A stretch of DNA of 64,000 nt from Chiloscyllium plagiosum (taxonomy: Eukaryota). The notes beneath the pieces are model-generated. The model was given only the letters and a program-made list of their open reading frames with translations. It had not been told where the DNA came from and did no database searches. This document shows, in pieces, positions 27,060 to 40,589 of the stretch (position 1 is the stretch's first letter; every line of letters begins with the position of its first letter). Location: NCBI RefSeq assembly GCF_004010195.1, contig NC_057718.1, forward strand, positions 51,592,373 to 51,656,372, given 5' to 3'. A program made the translations under genes and the position numbers.

Positions 27060-28115
27060 GAGAGTCATAAAGTCACGCAGCACGGAAACAGACCATTCGG
27101 TCTAACATGTCCGTGCTGACTAGACATCCCAACCTAATCTAGTCCCATTTGTCAGCATTTGTCTTATATTCCTCCAAACCCTTCCTATTCTTATACTCAT
27201 CCAGATGCCTTTTAAATGTTGCAATTGTGCCCGTCTCTACCACTCCCTCTGGCAGGTCTTCCATATACACACCACCCTCTGCGTGAAAAGGTTACCCCTC
27301 AGGTCCTTTTTTAAATCTTTCTCCCCACACCTTAAACTTACATTCTCCAGTTTTGGACTTCTCTACCCTGGAAGAAAAGACCTTGCCTATTTACACTATC
27401 CACGCTCCTCATGATCTTATAAACCTCCACCTTGCAGTCACCGATGCTCCAAGAAAAGAAAACCTACCCTCTTCACACTCTCCCTATAGCTCAAACCCTC
27501 CAGTCCCAGCAACATCCTTACAAATCTTTTTTGCTCCCTCTCAAGTTTAACAACATCCTTCCTATAGCAGGGTGATGAAAATTGTACACACTATTCCAAA
27601 AGTGGACTAATTAGTGTCCTGTAAAGTTACAACATGACCTCCCAACTTCTATACTCAATGAAGGCAAGCATGCCAAATGCCTCCTTCACCATCCTGTCTA
27701 CCTGTAACGCCACTTTCAAAGAAGTATGAACCTGCACCCCAAGGTCCCTTGGCTCGGCGACACTCCCCAGGGCCCTACCATTAACTGTGTAAGTCCTGCC
27801 CTGATTTACCATACCAAAATGCAACACCTCACATTTACCTAAATTAAACTCTATCTGCCACTCCTCAAGGCCCATTGGCCCATCTGATCAAGGTCCTGAT
27901 GTATTCTGAGATAATCTCCTTCACTCTCAATTGCACCACAATTTTGGTGTCATCTGCAAACTCACTAACCACACCTCCGTTATTTACATCCAAGTCATCA
28001 ATATAAATGAGGAAAAGCAGTGGACCCAGCACTGATCCTTAGTCTCCAGGCTGAAAAGTAACCCTTTACCACCACCCTCTGTCTTCTACCGTCAAGCCAA
28101 TTTTGTATCCAAATG
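27060..28115 (-). mobile_element. CR1 (HER1-like) LINE 3' fragment
   Basis: ORF EEWQIEFNLGKCEVLHFGMVNQGRTYTVNGRALGSVAEPRDLGVQVH; FADDTK codons near 27943-27960. Confidence 0.92.
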
Positions 28116-28404
28116 AGTTGAGGTTTCTAAAAGGTAAGACAGAGAGGACAAAAACACATTCCCCCCAAAAATCCTGCCATTAAATAATTTTAAATGTGGG
28201 ATTAAATCCACAAATTTGGTGATTTGCTTTTAAATGGTGAATAGTCATAAGATTTCAAATATGCTATTTCAATGGGCCAGATTTATTACCTCTGCACTGC
28301 GTCTAGAATTGGGCATCTTCAGCTTCAACTAATGCTCCTGACCCAGGAGCTCAAAGCCCAGATTAACTACCAATCAGGCACTGAGGCACGAGTGAGCATT
28401 CACT

Positions 28405-31328
28405 GAAGGTGGAAGTCAGAAACAGGAAAGGAGCAGTCACTTTATTCAACAGACCCCCAGTAGCAACAGAGACACAGAGGAGCAGATTGGGAGGCAGCTT
28501 TCGGAAAGGTGCAGAAGTAACAGGGTTGTTGTCATGGGTGACTTCAACTTCCCTACTATTTATTGGAATCTCCTTAGTTCAAATAGTTTGGATGAAGCAT
28601 ATTTTGTCAGGTGTGTGTCCAGGAAGGATTCCTGCCTCAATATGTAGAAAGGCTGACTAGATGGGAGGCCATATTGGATCTGGTGGTTGGCAACCAACCA
28701 GATCAGGTGTCAGATCTCTCAGTGGGAGAGCATTTCAGTGATAGTGATCACAACTCCCTGACTTTTACTATAGTCATGGAGAGGGATAGGAGCAGATTTT
28801 TTTGAATTAGATTTTTAGATTATTTACTGTGTGAAAACAGGCCCTTCGGCCCAACAAGTCCACACCGACCCGCCGAAGCGCAACCCACCCATACCCCTAC
28901 ATTTACTCCTTACCTAACACTACGGGCAATTTAGCAAGGCCAATTCACCTGACCTGCATAGCTTTGGACTGTGGGAGGAAACCGGAGCACCCGGAGGAAA
29001 CCCACGCAGACACGGGGAGAACGTGCAAACTCCACACAGTCAGTCGCCTGAGGCGGGAAATGAACCCGGGTCTCTGGCGCTGTGAGGCAGCAGTGCTAAC
29101 TACTGTGCCACCGTGCCGCCCAGATGGTGTAGGAAATTGTGAGATGGGCAATTACAATGCTATTAGGCAAAAACTGTGGAACAAATTGGGAACAGACATT
29201 CTCATGGAAATCCAAAACAGAAATGTGGAGGTTGTTCCGGGAATGCATACTGTGTGCTGGATAGGTTTGTCCCACTGAGGCAAGGAAGGGATGGTAGGGT
29301 GAAGGAACCTTGGATGACAAGAGATGCCTAACATCTAGTCAAGAGAAAGAAGGAAGCTTACTTAAGATTGAGGAAGTAATGATCAGACAGGGCTCTACAG
29401 GGTTACAAGATAGCCAGGAAGGAACTGAAGAATGGACTTGGAAGAGCTAGAAAGGGGCATTAAAATGCCTTTGTGGAGAGGATTAAGGAAAAGAAAACCT
29501 AAAGCATTCTGCACTTACATGAGGAACAAGAGGATGGCCAGAGTGAGGGTAGGGCTGATCATGGATAGTGAAGAGAACTCGTGCCTGGGAGGAAGAGATA
29601 GGGGAGGTCCCTAATAAATACTTTGCTTCAGTATTCACCAGTGAGACGGACCTTGTCATTTGGGAGGACAGTGTTAAACAGGCTGACACGCTTGAACAAG
29701 TTGATGTTAAGAAGGAGGATGTGGTGGAAAGTTTGAAAACATGAGGATAGATAAGCCCCGTAGCCCAGACAGGATATACGCAATGTTACTACGGAAGGCG
29801 AGGGAAGAGATTGCTGTGCCTTTGGCAATGATCTTTGCATCCTCACTATCCATTGGAGTAGTACCAGATGAGTGGAGGGTGGCAAAAGTTATTCCCTTGT
29901 TAAAGAAAGGATATAGAGATAATCCTGGGAATTACACAACAATCAGTCTTACTTTGGTGGTGGGCAAATTATTGGAAGGGCTTTTGAAAGACAGGATTTA
30001 TGATTATTTGGAACAGTGTAGCTTGATTAGAGATAGTCAACATGGCTCTATGAGGGACAAATCATGTCCATAAGCCTTATTGAAATCTTTGAGGATGTGA
30101 CAAAACACATTGATGAAGGTCGAGCAGTAGATGTGGTGTATATGGATTTTAGCAAGGTGTTTGATAAGGTTCACCATGGTAGGCTTATTCAGAAAGTAAG
30201 GAGGCATGGGGTAGAGGGAATTTTGGCTGTTAGGATACAGAATTGGCTGGCCTATAGAAGACAGAGAGTGGTAGCAGATGGAAAGTATTTAGCCTGGAGC
30301 TCGGTGATTAGTGGTGTTCTGCAGGGATCTGTTCTGAGGCCTCTGTTCTTTGTGATTTTTAAAAATGTCTTGTTTGAGGAAGTGGAAGGGTGGGTTAGTA
30401 AGATTATCAATGACATGAAGGTTGGCGGAGTTGTGGATAGGGTGGAGGGCTGTTGTAGGTTGCATCGGGACATTGACAAGATGCAGAGCTGGGCTAAGAA
30501 GTGGCAGATGGAGTTCAATCTGGAAAGGTGTAAAGTGATTCATTTTGGAAGTTCAAATTTGAATGCAGATTTTTGCAGGATTAAAGTCAGTGCAGAGGAA
30601 CAGAGGGATTTTCGGGCCCACATCCATAGATCCCACAAAGCTGCCACGCAAGTTGATAAGGTTGTTAAGGAGGAGTATGGTGTGTTGGCGGTCATCAGCA
30701 GGGGAATGAGTTTAAGAGCCACAAGGTTTTGCTGCAGCTTTATAAAGCCTTCGTTATACTTCACATGGAATGTTATATTCAGTTCTGGTCACCTCATTAT
30801 AGCAAAGATATAGAATCTTCAGAGAGTGTGCAGATGGGATTTACCAGGATGCTGCCTGGACTGGAGGGCAGGTCTTGTAAAGAATGATTGAGGGAGCTAT
30901 GGCTTTTCTCATTGGACCAAAGAAGGATGAGAGGTGACTTGATAGAGGTGTACAAGATGATGAGAGGCACAGACAGAGTGGATAACCAGAGACTTTTTCC
31001 CAGGGCAGAAATGGCTATCATGAGGGGGCATACTTTTAAGATGTTTGGAGGAAGGTTTAGGGGAGGTAGGTTCTTTCTACAGAGAATGGTGGGCGCATGG
31101 AATGGACTGCCAGCAGTGTTAGTAGAGTCAGAGATATTAGTGACATTTAAGCGACTCTTGGATAGGCACATGGATGATAGGAAAATAAAGGATATGTAGG
31201 TTAGTTTGATCTTAGAGTAGGATAAAAAGTCAGTACAACATCAAGGGTCAAAGGGCTTGTACTGTGCTGTACTGTTCTACATTCTATGTTCTATGTTCTG
31301 CATTCTGTGTTCTATGACCTATGTTCTG
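28405..31328 (+). mobile_element. Long 5'-truncated CR1 LINE (APE C-terminus, RT, 3' UTR), inactivated and interrupted by a SINE
   Basis: GDFNFP, ILDLVVGN..SDHNSL, VVPDEWRVAKVIPLLKKG, VDVVYMDFSKVFDKVHH, GVLQGSVLRP; catalytic FADD reads IIND; several frameshifts; (TTCTATG)n tail 31274-31328. Confidence 0.95.
28798..29120 (-). mobile_element. Young full-length HE1-type V-SINE inserted into CR1
   Basis: GGCGGCACGGTGGCACAGTAGTTAGCACTGCTGCCTCACAGCGCC head, CpG-rich V-domain, AATCT-type tail; CAGAT on both flanks (28793-28797, 29121-29125). Confidence 0.93.
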
Positions 31329-33959
31329 TGTAAGCCTGCTGAGCAGGATTACCTGGTTCTTCGCCATTCAAGTCCCATATCGCCTGAAGGCACAGGCCAA
31401 TCAGATACTAAATGCCACGGGGGTGGAGTAAACAGAATCTCTGGAGGGTCAAGCTGTTCAACCATGAAGAGTTGCACCAGTGAGAAAGTGCTTTTCTTTA
31501 GGTGGGGGGAGAGTATCAAGTCACAACATGGGGAAAGGGGGAGGGGCAATGAAAGGGAATGGCTTTCTGCAGTCCCTATCTTTGTTTCTCACTTGTGTCC
31601 TCAACTGTCCTAAGGTAGGGTAAACGGAGACCACCCAATGCCTGAAAACTGCCCTGCATTCCCTGGCAGGATAGCAGGCATTTTTTTGGGGAAGGTAAAT
31701 AATTGCCCTGATAGCTGGTTAAAGACCTTAGGTGGCTGTTAATTTACCATTCTCGGACCTACATTAGTAACAAGTTGGGAAGGATACTTGTGCATCATCT
31801 TACTAAGAACTTGGTTGCTGATGTAGTGAGAAGGGAGCAGGTATCCCAGCAGAGCCAACCCAATCCTATTAGTCACCCTTCCTGTTAACTGCCTCGCTAC
31901 CTGTAGGGAGTGGTAAATCCAGCCAATATCCGAGAGTGTGACGTTGCATATGTTGTTTCTAACCGGACAGGCCCACACTGTATCCCAGTAATAATCAGAT
32001 CATTCCTTCTAAAGAAAATCATGATTGCCATCACTGTATGAATAGTTAATCACACTGAAGTGAGACAATTGATTAAGATTGATATTTAAACACACACCAG
32101 TAGCTTAGAATAGATAAATGTATTTGTGAGCACTTTTTGGAAGTATGGTAGGGAATGGAGCCAACACTAGAGAAATGATAGGATATGTTTCTACTCCTGT
32201 GGGAGTCTAGCTGAGAATTTCATTTCTAACAATCATCTATTGTTATACAGACGATGGAGATAAGAGAAAGCTGAAGGTTGAGTTGCTATAGAAACCAGCA
32301 GACCCAAGGCTGACAGTAAGAGTGGAGCCCTGCAATAAGCTGAAAATTAAAGATGTGCTGAAACATTGGTACTTTGGGAGAAGCTATCCTGGATAAACAG
32401 AAAAGGCTTTATCTAGCAAATCTTGAATAAATCTCTGCTTGCTGAACCGAAGTGATTGTTTTGAACATTCACAACAGGGCAAATCAATCTGTGTCAGAAT
32501 CTGAGCCATCCCTTATTAATGACATTAAACAGATAAATGTCAATGGTCTCTTCAGATCTTCCTCCTCTGAAGTCTTGACATGTACACTCAAAGAATAAAT
32601 TAAGATCCTTAACACCTCAATATCCGTGCATTAGGAGAATCACCCACCACTCCATAAAATATTATTTTGAACTTCTCCCAAAATGATCACTTCTTGAGCA
32701 GCCCCTGCTTTCTCCTCAATGTCTGCAGATTCCTTCCTTGTTTTCTGCACATCCAATCTCTCCTCTTTGCAGCTTAATCTCTCCCTTCTCTGTTCTCCTG
32801 TACCGTTTACAGCGCTTCCCCTCTGCATTGGGTGCAGCTATCTCATCTATCTTCTAATCCATTTGCCATGAACATTGGCACTGGTCTCAAATCACTAAAG
32901 TACATCGATGGTATGGTCATAGCCACATACACAATGAAGCAAATTACTATGGATGACGTAACTGTTCATAACTGGGACCGCTACCTCTGTGAGGACGGAA
33001 TGTAGGAGAGAGTTAAAGCTGTGACAGAGTACTCTAAAATGCATAATTGAATTGTACAGGTCATAGTAATTATTTCATCTGATGGACTTTATTAGATATG
33101 AACAGGCATGTGTATGATTCATGATGCAGGTTATACATGAAAATTAGTGCTGGAATTTTGACAGAAACTAGGTTGTGTGATTAAGACTAGATAGTGTATC
33201 GTAGTTGCTATCACTGAGGCAAAATTATTTCATATGTCTCACTTGGACATGCTTAAAGGATCTGGAATTCATCAACAAATACACTGGGAGGGAAGCAAGA
33301 ATCCTATCTTTCACATCCACTGCATCATTAATCAATTTAACAGGACTAGTCAATTCCGAAGCCTTTGAACAGTGCAAACCAAATATATATACTTTTAAAA
33401 TTCGAACTGCTCTTATTGTTGCTATTCTATAGCTACTATTTGATGTAATTATCCCTGAGCCCTCTGCCTCTTATGAAAAATATACTGATTTGTCCACTAG
33501 TTTTAAAATGCTCACCATGTTGGGAGATGTGTGATTTGCTGCATTACAATGCATTCTGTTGTGCATCTTAATGAAGAGGAAAAGACAGCTGTTGGAAATG
33601 CAGTTCAATAATGCCATCACATCTCAGGATAAGATATCTTAAAATTCCATAACTGTCATATTTTAAATTGCTGTAACTCTTTCTATGTCTGTATTATTTT
33701 TACTAGAGCCATAATTAGAAAAGCACTGAAACCACAATCTCTATTCCTGTATTGTGTATTCATTATAATAACTGCATGAATACAAGGAATAACTGTAACA
33801 AACTTTTATTAAGTGATCAAATTTGTGGTAATGTGTAACTTTAAATGCAGATGTTTCCATTTATTAAAATTACAGCTAATGTTTAGCTAACAGTAACCAA
33901 AGACTGAGAGATTACACTGACACATTACTGGATCTATTTGTTCTAGTAGAGAAGACTAA

Positions 33960-34268
33960 GGGTGGTGTGGTGGCTTAGTGGTTAGCACTGCTGCCTCACA
34001 GTGCCAGGGACCTGGGTTCAATTTCATCCTTGGGCAACTGTCTCTATGGATTTTGCACATTCTCTGCTTGGGTTTGCTCCAGTTTCCTCCCGCAATCCAA
34101 AGATGTGCAGGTTAAGATGGATTGGCCATCCTAGATTGCCCATAGTGTTCAGGGATGTGTTAGTTAGGGGAATGGGTTTGGGTGGGATACTCTTCAGTGG
34201 GTTGGTGTGGACTTATTGGGACAAAGGGCCTGTTTTCACACTGTATGGATTCTAGGGATTCTTCTATG
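33960..34268 (+). mobile_element. HE1-type V-SINE, diverged
   Basis: GGTGGCTTAGTGGTTAGCACTGCTGCCTCACAGTGCCAGGGACCTGGGTTCAA head, V-domain and tail. Confidence 0.88.
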
Positions 34269-34934
34269 AGGGGTGACAGGGTAAGTGTCTTCAAGATTAT
34301 GAATGGATTTGATTGATTAAATGTAAAGATTATATATCCATTTGTGGGTGATGCCAGAACTAAGGGGCAAACATAAACATAAGACAGTCACTAATGAATC
34401 CATTAATGATTTGGAGGAATGTTCCTTACCCAGAAAGAGGTTAGAAGGACTGCCGTGTCAGAAGGGGTCGTTGAGGCAAATGGCATTGACCCATTCAAGG
34501 GGAGGCGAAGAGGGAAAAGGACCAGAAGGATGTTCTGAAAGGTTGAGATGAAAAAGCAAAGGGAGGAGACAAATGTGCAGAACAAGAACATTTGTGTGGC
34601 CCTTCTGGGCCAAATAGCCTATTTTTAGGTTGCAAGTACAAATCTTGGAATATCTATCTTTGTTTCTAACGGGGCGAGAAGGGCTTGAAGCCTAAGCATG
34701 CTATGAAATAGAATGTAGGAAGTGTAATTATCCTTCAATCCTTCATAAAGCAGGAATAGAGTTCCCCCATGTGCTATCAGAAGTGTGATAACACACCCAT
34801 TTATAACTGAATAGAGCACCAAGGAAACCTTCCTCAACAGTGCACGAACTAATTTGTCAAGTATACAGAGCTGCAGCTACAGGGCTCCTGACTATCATAA
34901 AAAACAGTGAAAGGTACCCACATAAACCTCATGG

Positions 34935-35335
34935 AGAAAATGTGGACTGCAGATGCTGGACATCAGAGTTGAAAAGTGTGGTGCTGGCAAAGCATAGCAG
35001 GTCAGGTAACATCCAGGGAGCAGAAGAGTTGATGTTTCAGGCATAAGGCCTTCATCAGGAATGTGTGTGGTTTGGTTGGGGGGGGGGTTGTTAATGGGAA
35101 AGGGGCTGAGAGATAATTAGGAGGGGATGGGGCTGGGAGGAAGGTAGCTTGGAAGGCGAAAGGTAGATGCAGGTGGAGGATGATGAGATAGGTCAGAGAG
35201 GAGGGTGGAGTGGATAGGTGGGAAGGAAAATGGACAAGTGGAACAGTTCAAGAGGGCAGTACCAAGTTGAATAGTTGGATCTGGGATGAGATGGAGGGGA
35301 GGGGAGATGAGGAAACTGGTGAAATTGCCTTTGAT
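34935..35335 (-). mobile_element. Penelope-like element 3' part with hammerhead motif
   Basis: Reverse complement of the 19410-19780 region; minus-strand CTGATGA-AGGC-CTTAT-GCCT-GAAAC-ATC at 35058-35031. Confidence 0.85.
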
Positions 35336-38300
35336 AGGAGGATGTGGTTGGAAGGAGCACAAAACTCATGATGACCACAATAGGGCTGTTAACAAAACAT
35401 CAGGAGAAGGCTTTCCAGCTGCCTGCTGAGCCAAATATGAAATGTGAAATAGATAAAAGATTAATTGATATCAAATGTGCAAACTGCTTGACTTATTATT
35501 CATTCTTATTTGTCATAAATGATGAAAGTGAGTCAATGAAGTTGCAATTGGAAAGAAGTCCAAAAGGAATATTGGTACTAGTATAAATTCTGACCAAAGG
35601 TTACCTAAGTTACTTGCACTTACAACTACAGTTCAACATAATTCATTGATGGTTTGGTTGTTGCCCTACTAATTATTATTGCTTCAGTCCCAAAATGGCA
35701 ATCTACTGTTCCTTATTGAAAGCAGATCCTGTTAGGTTATTTTTTCCCCCCAGTAACAATGCTTCTCATTGATGATTCAAATTTAACAAATTTAATTATT
35801 TGTGAATGAATTAATTGTCAGTTATAAATATTGAAGATTGAGATTTCATCTTTCAATGTGTGGGAAAGATGAATGAAAGAAATGAGGCATTACAAATTAC
35901 ATTGATTCGACTTTCCTGTTTCTGCTGACAGACCCAAGCATTTTGTGTTACTGCATTAAATAAAATTGATAAGATATCCAGTCCAACTGTTTTGTGCAGC
36001 TTTAAATTCGGTTGGCTATAACTCTCCAGAAATGGCTGGATACAGAAATGCATTTTGGAACAATTTTGCTTCAGAAGGTTCAATCTTAATAAAGAATACT
36101 GGAAATGAGGATGTTTGAGAAAGTATAAATAAAGGAGAAGATGAAAAATAAACTGAACAAAAAAGAATGGACAACAAAAGTCATAAATGTAATGCTTTAT
36201 GAATCTGTAAATTTTTCAAGAAGCAAAATAATAATATTACAAAATAAGGTTTACAATGAAGACAACAGCATTTAACCTTTAGCCTGTGATATATCATAGA
36301 TTGAAATTAATATATTTAAGATCATACATGATTAGTTGAGCTTCTGCCTTCGCTCTATGAAGAAATTGGTTCATTTATGCACGCATACTTTAAACACAGA
36401 ATCCAATGTTTCATACTCATGTTTATATCTTTTCAGTTTAATTTATATTCAAACATCATGCTAAATAACTGATTTACTGATATTTTCCCAAGTTTCTTCT
36501 GCTCATGTCTGTACCTTAGACTCTATCAAACTTCCCAGGGTTAAGGAAACGTAAATCATCAGTCGAATGACAGTGCAAGGCCGGGGGTATGAATCACTGG
36601 GGTACTGGATGGAGAGGCCAGACTTTGTGACATTTTGCCACAGTGAAAGTAAATTGAGGAATGTCGGTTATGTAGCCTGGCGAACACTAGCTTTGTGTTC
36701 CAGCATTTTTCAGTCAAAACGTGTCAAATTTTAACAAAATCTTTAGTTTTGATAAGGTGGTGTGATGCTGAGACTTGTATGCCCGTATAGTTTCCTCATT
36801 ACTATATTATCATTACACATTGACTATGATTGTGTATGCAACTGCATTCAACTCATCCAGAAATATTGATAGGTTGGAAAAGAGATAGGTGCCTTACATA
36901 ATCAAGCCCTGCCCCTAACTTCAGTCTTGCCTATCCCAACCTAATTTGAAGAGAAATGTAACCTCCCATTAGGAGGATAACAACATGCTGTGATGAATCT
37001 TTCTGTCTGCAAGTATTCTTTGTGCTGCAGAAATATGAAAATGTAATATTCAAGTCATAGTTTGCTCTAAGGGTCGTAAGATTTGGCTATTCCAAAATAT
37101 CAGTAGCATTCCTAGAAATAAGGGCACGGCTACATAAAAGGTTTCAATAAGGCATTAAGACCAGTTCAAGGGTCACTGAGGAGGAATTCAAAGGTGACAA
37201 GCAGCAAGTCTGGAAATCATTACGTTTGTGTGGGTGAGAGAAAGAGAAAAAGAGAAGTATACTTTAAGGAGGTCCTATAAACTGAATAGTAAAGTGCAAC
37301 TGAGAATGTGGGTTGCGTGCTGCGTGGGAGTATTTGCTTGTTGTAACTGAGCAAGATGGGAGTTCAGAGAAAAACTCAGGGGTAGTTCTAGCATAGTACA
37401 ACCAGCTGATGGTGAAAAATGGGAATTGAGCTCATGAGTAAGTACAGGAGTATAGTTTCCAGAGTCTTGAGGAGCACAGACCCCCAGAAAGGAGATGATC
37501 CATCAGAATGAAAGAAGTAATTAAAGAATTTCACAAGGGAATTGTTCTTGAGAGGGACTTTCAGGGCTACATTGGCAAAAGTGATGAATTGTAATTCCTT
37601 GTGAAATTCAATGGGATTTGTAAACCTACCGCGTCATTCATGTCTGGTGGGGATTTGCTGAGAAACCTATAGGATCTGTCTTGACTGCATTTGCTTTTGG
37701 ATGCACCCTTTATCACAGTCCATTACCCATATCTAGCACATTAATTCTGGGTATCAGAATGTAAGTATACTTGGATTGCATTATTGCTCTAACATTGCAT
37801 AGTTAAATTTATTGCTATTTGTTCAAAATCCGGAACCTTATGGCTTTATTCTCTTAAATCCCCTGGATTTTACACTTCAGCCGTATTAAGTTACTGGCCC
37901 CTAGTTAGCTTGTCAAATAAATTTGGTCAGTAAGGTTTGGGATTTTAAAAATATTTCAGTAAATTACAGAAATATGCTGCTTTTATATTTTTGTGAACAA
38001 CAAAAGTAAATACGTTAAAAGAAGTTTTATAGAACTTTTCATTTTATGATTAATGTATCAGCGTTAAAATTACTTTTGGACTATATTGTTCTCAGTTATG
38101 ATTGGAAGTTTGAAAAATACTGTATGCAACACACTTGGATGATGATTTAATGAAATCATGTTAAATTCTCTTTCAGTGCTAATTAATAGAAGCATTAACT
38201 GATTTATTCTAAATGAGCGCATACGTCAATTAATAGGAAGTAACACCTCTTGGTAATTTCTAATACATAATGATTTATACATTCTGAAAACATGGTGTTG

Positions 38301-38599
38301 AGGCAGTGAAAATGCCAAGGAGAACAAAATAAAATCAAACCCTGTCTACAAAACCGATCCATTATTTTCTGTCACCTAATGTTTAAATAGTTTCAGTGAC
38401 TTGATTTTAGCTGAAAAGTATTCAGTGAGCCGAGGCATTCCTGTGGGAAAATATCAGCACTCTCAAGATTAAACGTAACAGGATAATATGGAAAAATAAA
38501 ACAACGTTGCAAAAGATATTGAAATAATAAGAAATATGCTGGATTCTTTATAGAATGATGGTGATTGATTTTGCTCTCGAGGGAGAGAATGAGGGATAC

Positions 38600-38773
38600 C
38601 TTCACAGTCCCGCTCAATCTGGCCATTGCAGTACAAAGCATCAGAAATTAGGTCTGGTAGTCTTCCATTCAGGTCCACTGAAGCCAAACAGCCTTGAAAT
38701 CCCTCCCTCGACGCCACCAGCTTCGGTAAGGTTTTGTACATGTCTTTGGCAATTCCTCCAATATACAAGTCTC
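38600..38773 (-). CDS. NRXN1: Alpha-neurexin exon D, 174 nt; end of LNS5
   Basis: [65 protein letters not shown](F/Y)CNGQIER is NRXN1-type. Acceptor TTTTTTCTAATCCATAG|GA, donor GAAG|GTATCC; phase 1-1. Confidence 0.96.
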
Positions 38774-39659
38774 CTATGGATTAGAAAAAATATAAACTGA
38801 ATTAACACAGTCTTAAAACTTATTGATTTAATGTGTTCACCACACTCTGGAAATGAGAAAAGAATCTACATAGAGTAAAAGGAAGCTTTGATTTTGTGAT
38901 TACACAAAATAAATTTTAATGAAAACTTGAAGCATTCTGATCAATGCAATTTCAAGCATAGTTTGGTCACAATTTTCTGATTGCATCCAAAAATGAAAAA
39001 TCTACCCATAAAAAAAATCAGGCTTAATATAACTTTGACTGTTATTCTAGAATCTCCCATTTCACACAGATTTCACAATGTTTTCAACACTTTTAGTTTT
39101 TAATTGTACTATAAACAATGTTATCTACTTTCATTTTGCTTTCAGTCATTGTACTATACTTTCATAATTAATGTTATAAAGGAGGTTAAGGCAAGAGCAA
39201 GAATTCATTCACTTTATAAGGACTACTTCCCACAATGGAAATCCTTTGTGGTTTACACACTGAGTGACATTTAATGAACATGATAAAACAGTACTTTCCA
39301 GTCACTCAACAGCAGTCACTTCAAACTTCAGCATGTTACTTGCTTGTGATTATTATATGACTCATTGTACTTCAATAATCCAGAATGACACTACACTTCC
39401 ACATTGTCTTATTCAATTGTTGTCTAGTTCCAGCAATCTACACAAATGTTCTTGCCAAATGTTCATCACTTTTGACATTAAGTACTTCCAGCACTTGACT
39501 TCGTCAAGCTGCTTATTTAAAACAATGACAATAATAGTAAACTCTGAATTAATTAGTGGAGTCTGGTATGAGCAATGCACAGGGACAATCCTGTTATCTC
39601 AACTTTCCACAGATTTTTAATAAGATGCTAATATTTACAGCAGATAGTGAGAGGTGAGC

Positions 39660-39932
39660 AAGGTGAGAGGTGAAAAATTTAAGGGGGATACATGCGGCAA
39701 GTACTTTACGCAGAGGGTGACAGGTGCCTGAAACGCATTGCCAGCAGAGGTAGGAGAGGCAGACATGGTAGATTCATTTAAGATGCGTCTGGACAGATGC
39801 ACGAGTAGGTAGGGAGCAGAGGGATACAGATGCTTACAAATTGGGTGACAGGTTTAGACAGTGGATTTGGATCGGCTCAGGCTTGGAGGGCCGAAGGGCC
39901 TGTTCCTCGATTGTAAATTTCCTTTGTTCTTT
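39660..39932 (+). mobile_element. CR1 LINE 3' end
   Basis: TTTACGCAGAGGGTGACAGGTGCCTGAAACGCATTGCCAGCAGAGG..GGAGGGCCGAAGGGCCTGTTCC, tail TTTGTTCTTTG. Confidence 0.8.
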
Positions 39933-40589
39933 GCTCTTTACAGTGAAAATTATGTTATCGCCCTGTTATATGTGTCTTTCTGCTGTAATTAACGGTGTCT
40001 CAAAAGGTACTGTGCAGCTATGTTACTCTGGATCTGCCTCGAAGCGGATGAAGCTATTGCTCCTGCTACTGACCCCATTTAAAAATACAATTTTGCAAGC
40101 TGCAGCAAAAACTTGCACTCCTGTGACAAACATGAACCCACTGGCAAGAGATTTTGGGAATTGTGGTAAAAATGTGATTGAAGTAAATCATGATGATGTA
40201 ACTAATTTCCACATGATTTTGTCATCAGTAAGTGAGAAGACACCAAAGCAGAAAAAAAGTGACAATATAAATGTCTTATATTGCTAGAGTGTTGTACTGT
40301 GTGCAGATGGAAGCAAAGGAGTGATTTAGTACACAAGGGGGTGGAGAGGCTTATTCAGACATCAGGAATAAGTAACCTATGGAGCAGTGTAGTGCAGACA
40401 CCCACAGCTCAGAGATACTTCAGACTAGCATCACAAGAAGCAGATGCCAGTATTTGTTGAAAGCACAAGAGAAAACATGAAGGGAGCAAAGGTAAGAACA
40501 TCTAAAGCCAGGACAGGACAAGGTTTGAGAGTGTTAAAATAGGCTCAAGGTCCCAAGTGAACAGGGAAGACTCTGAAGGCAGACCAAGA

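Noticed and set aside
29040..29120. tRNA gene
   Set aside because: The tRNA-like A/B boxes are the head of an HE1 SINE continuing into V-domain and LINE tail; the same applies to 33960 and 52355, and 46762 is likewise a decayed tRNA-like head rather than an intact tRNA.
30064..30813. 249-aa ORF as a functional reverse transcriptase gene
   Set aside because: Fragment of a frameshifted CR1 with the catalytic FADD changed to IIND.
37080..37900. Solo LTR
   Set aside because: Composition is LTR-like, but I could not identify TG..CA termini, a TSD or a partner copy.
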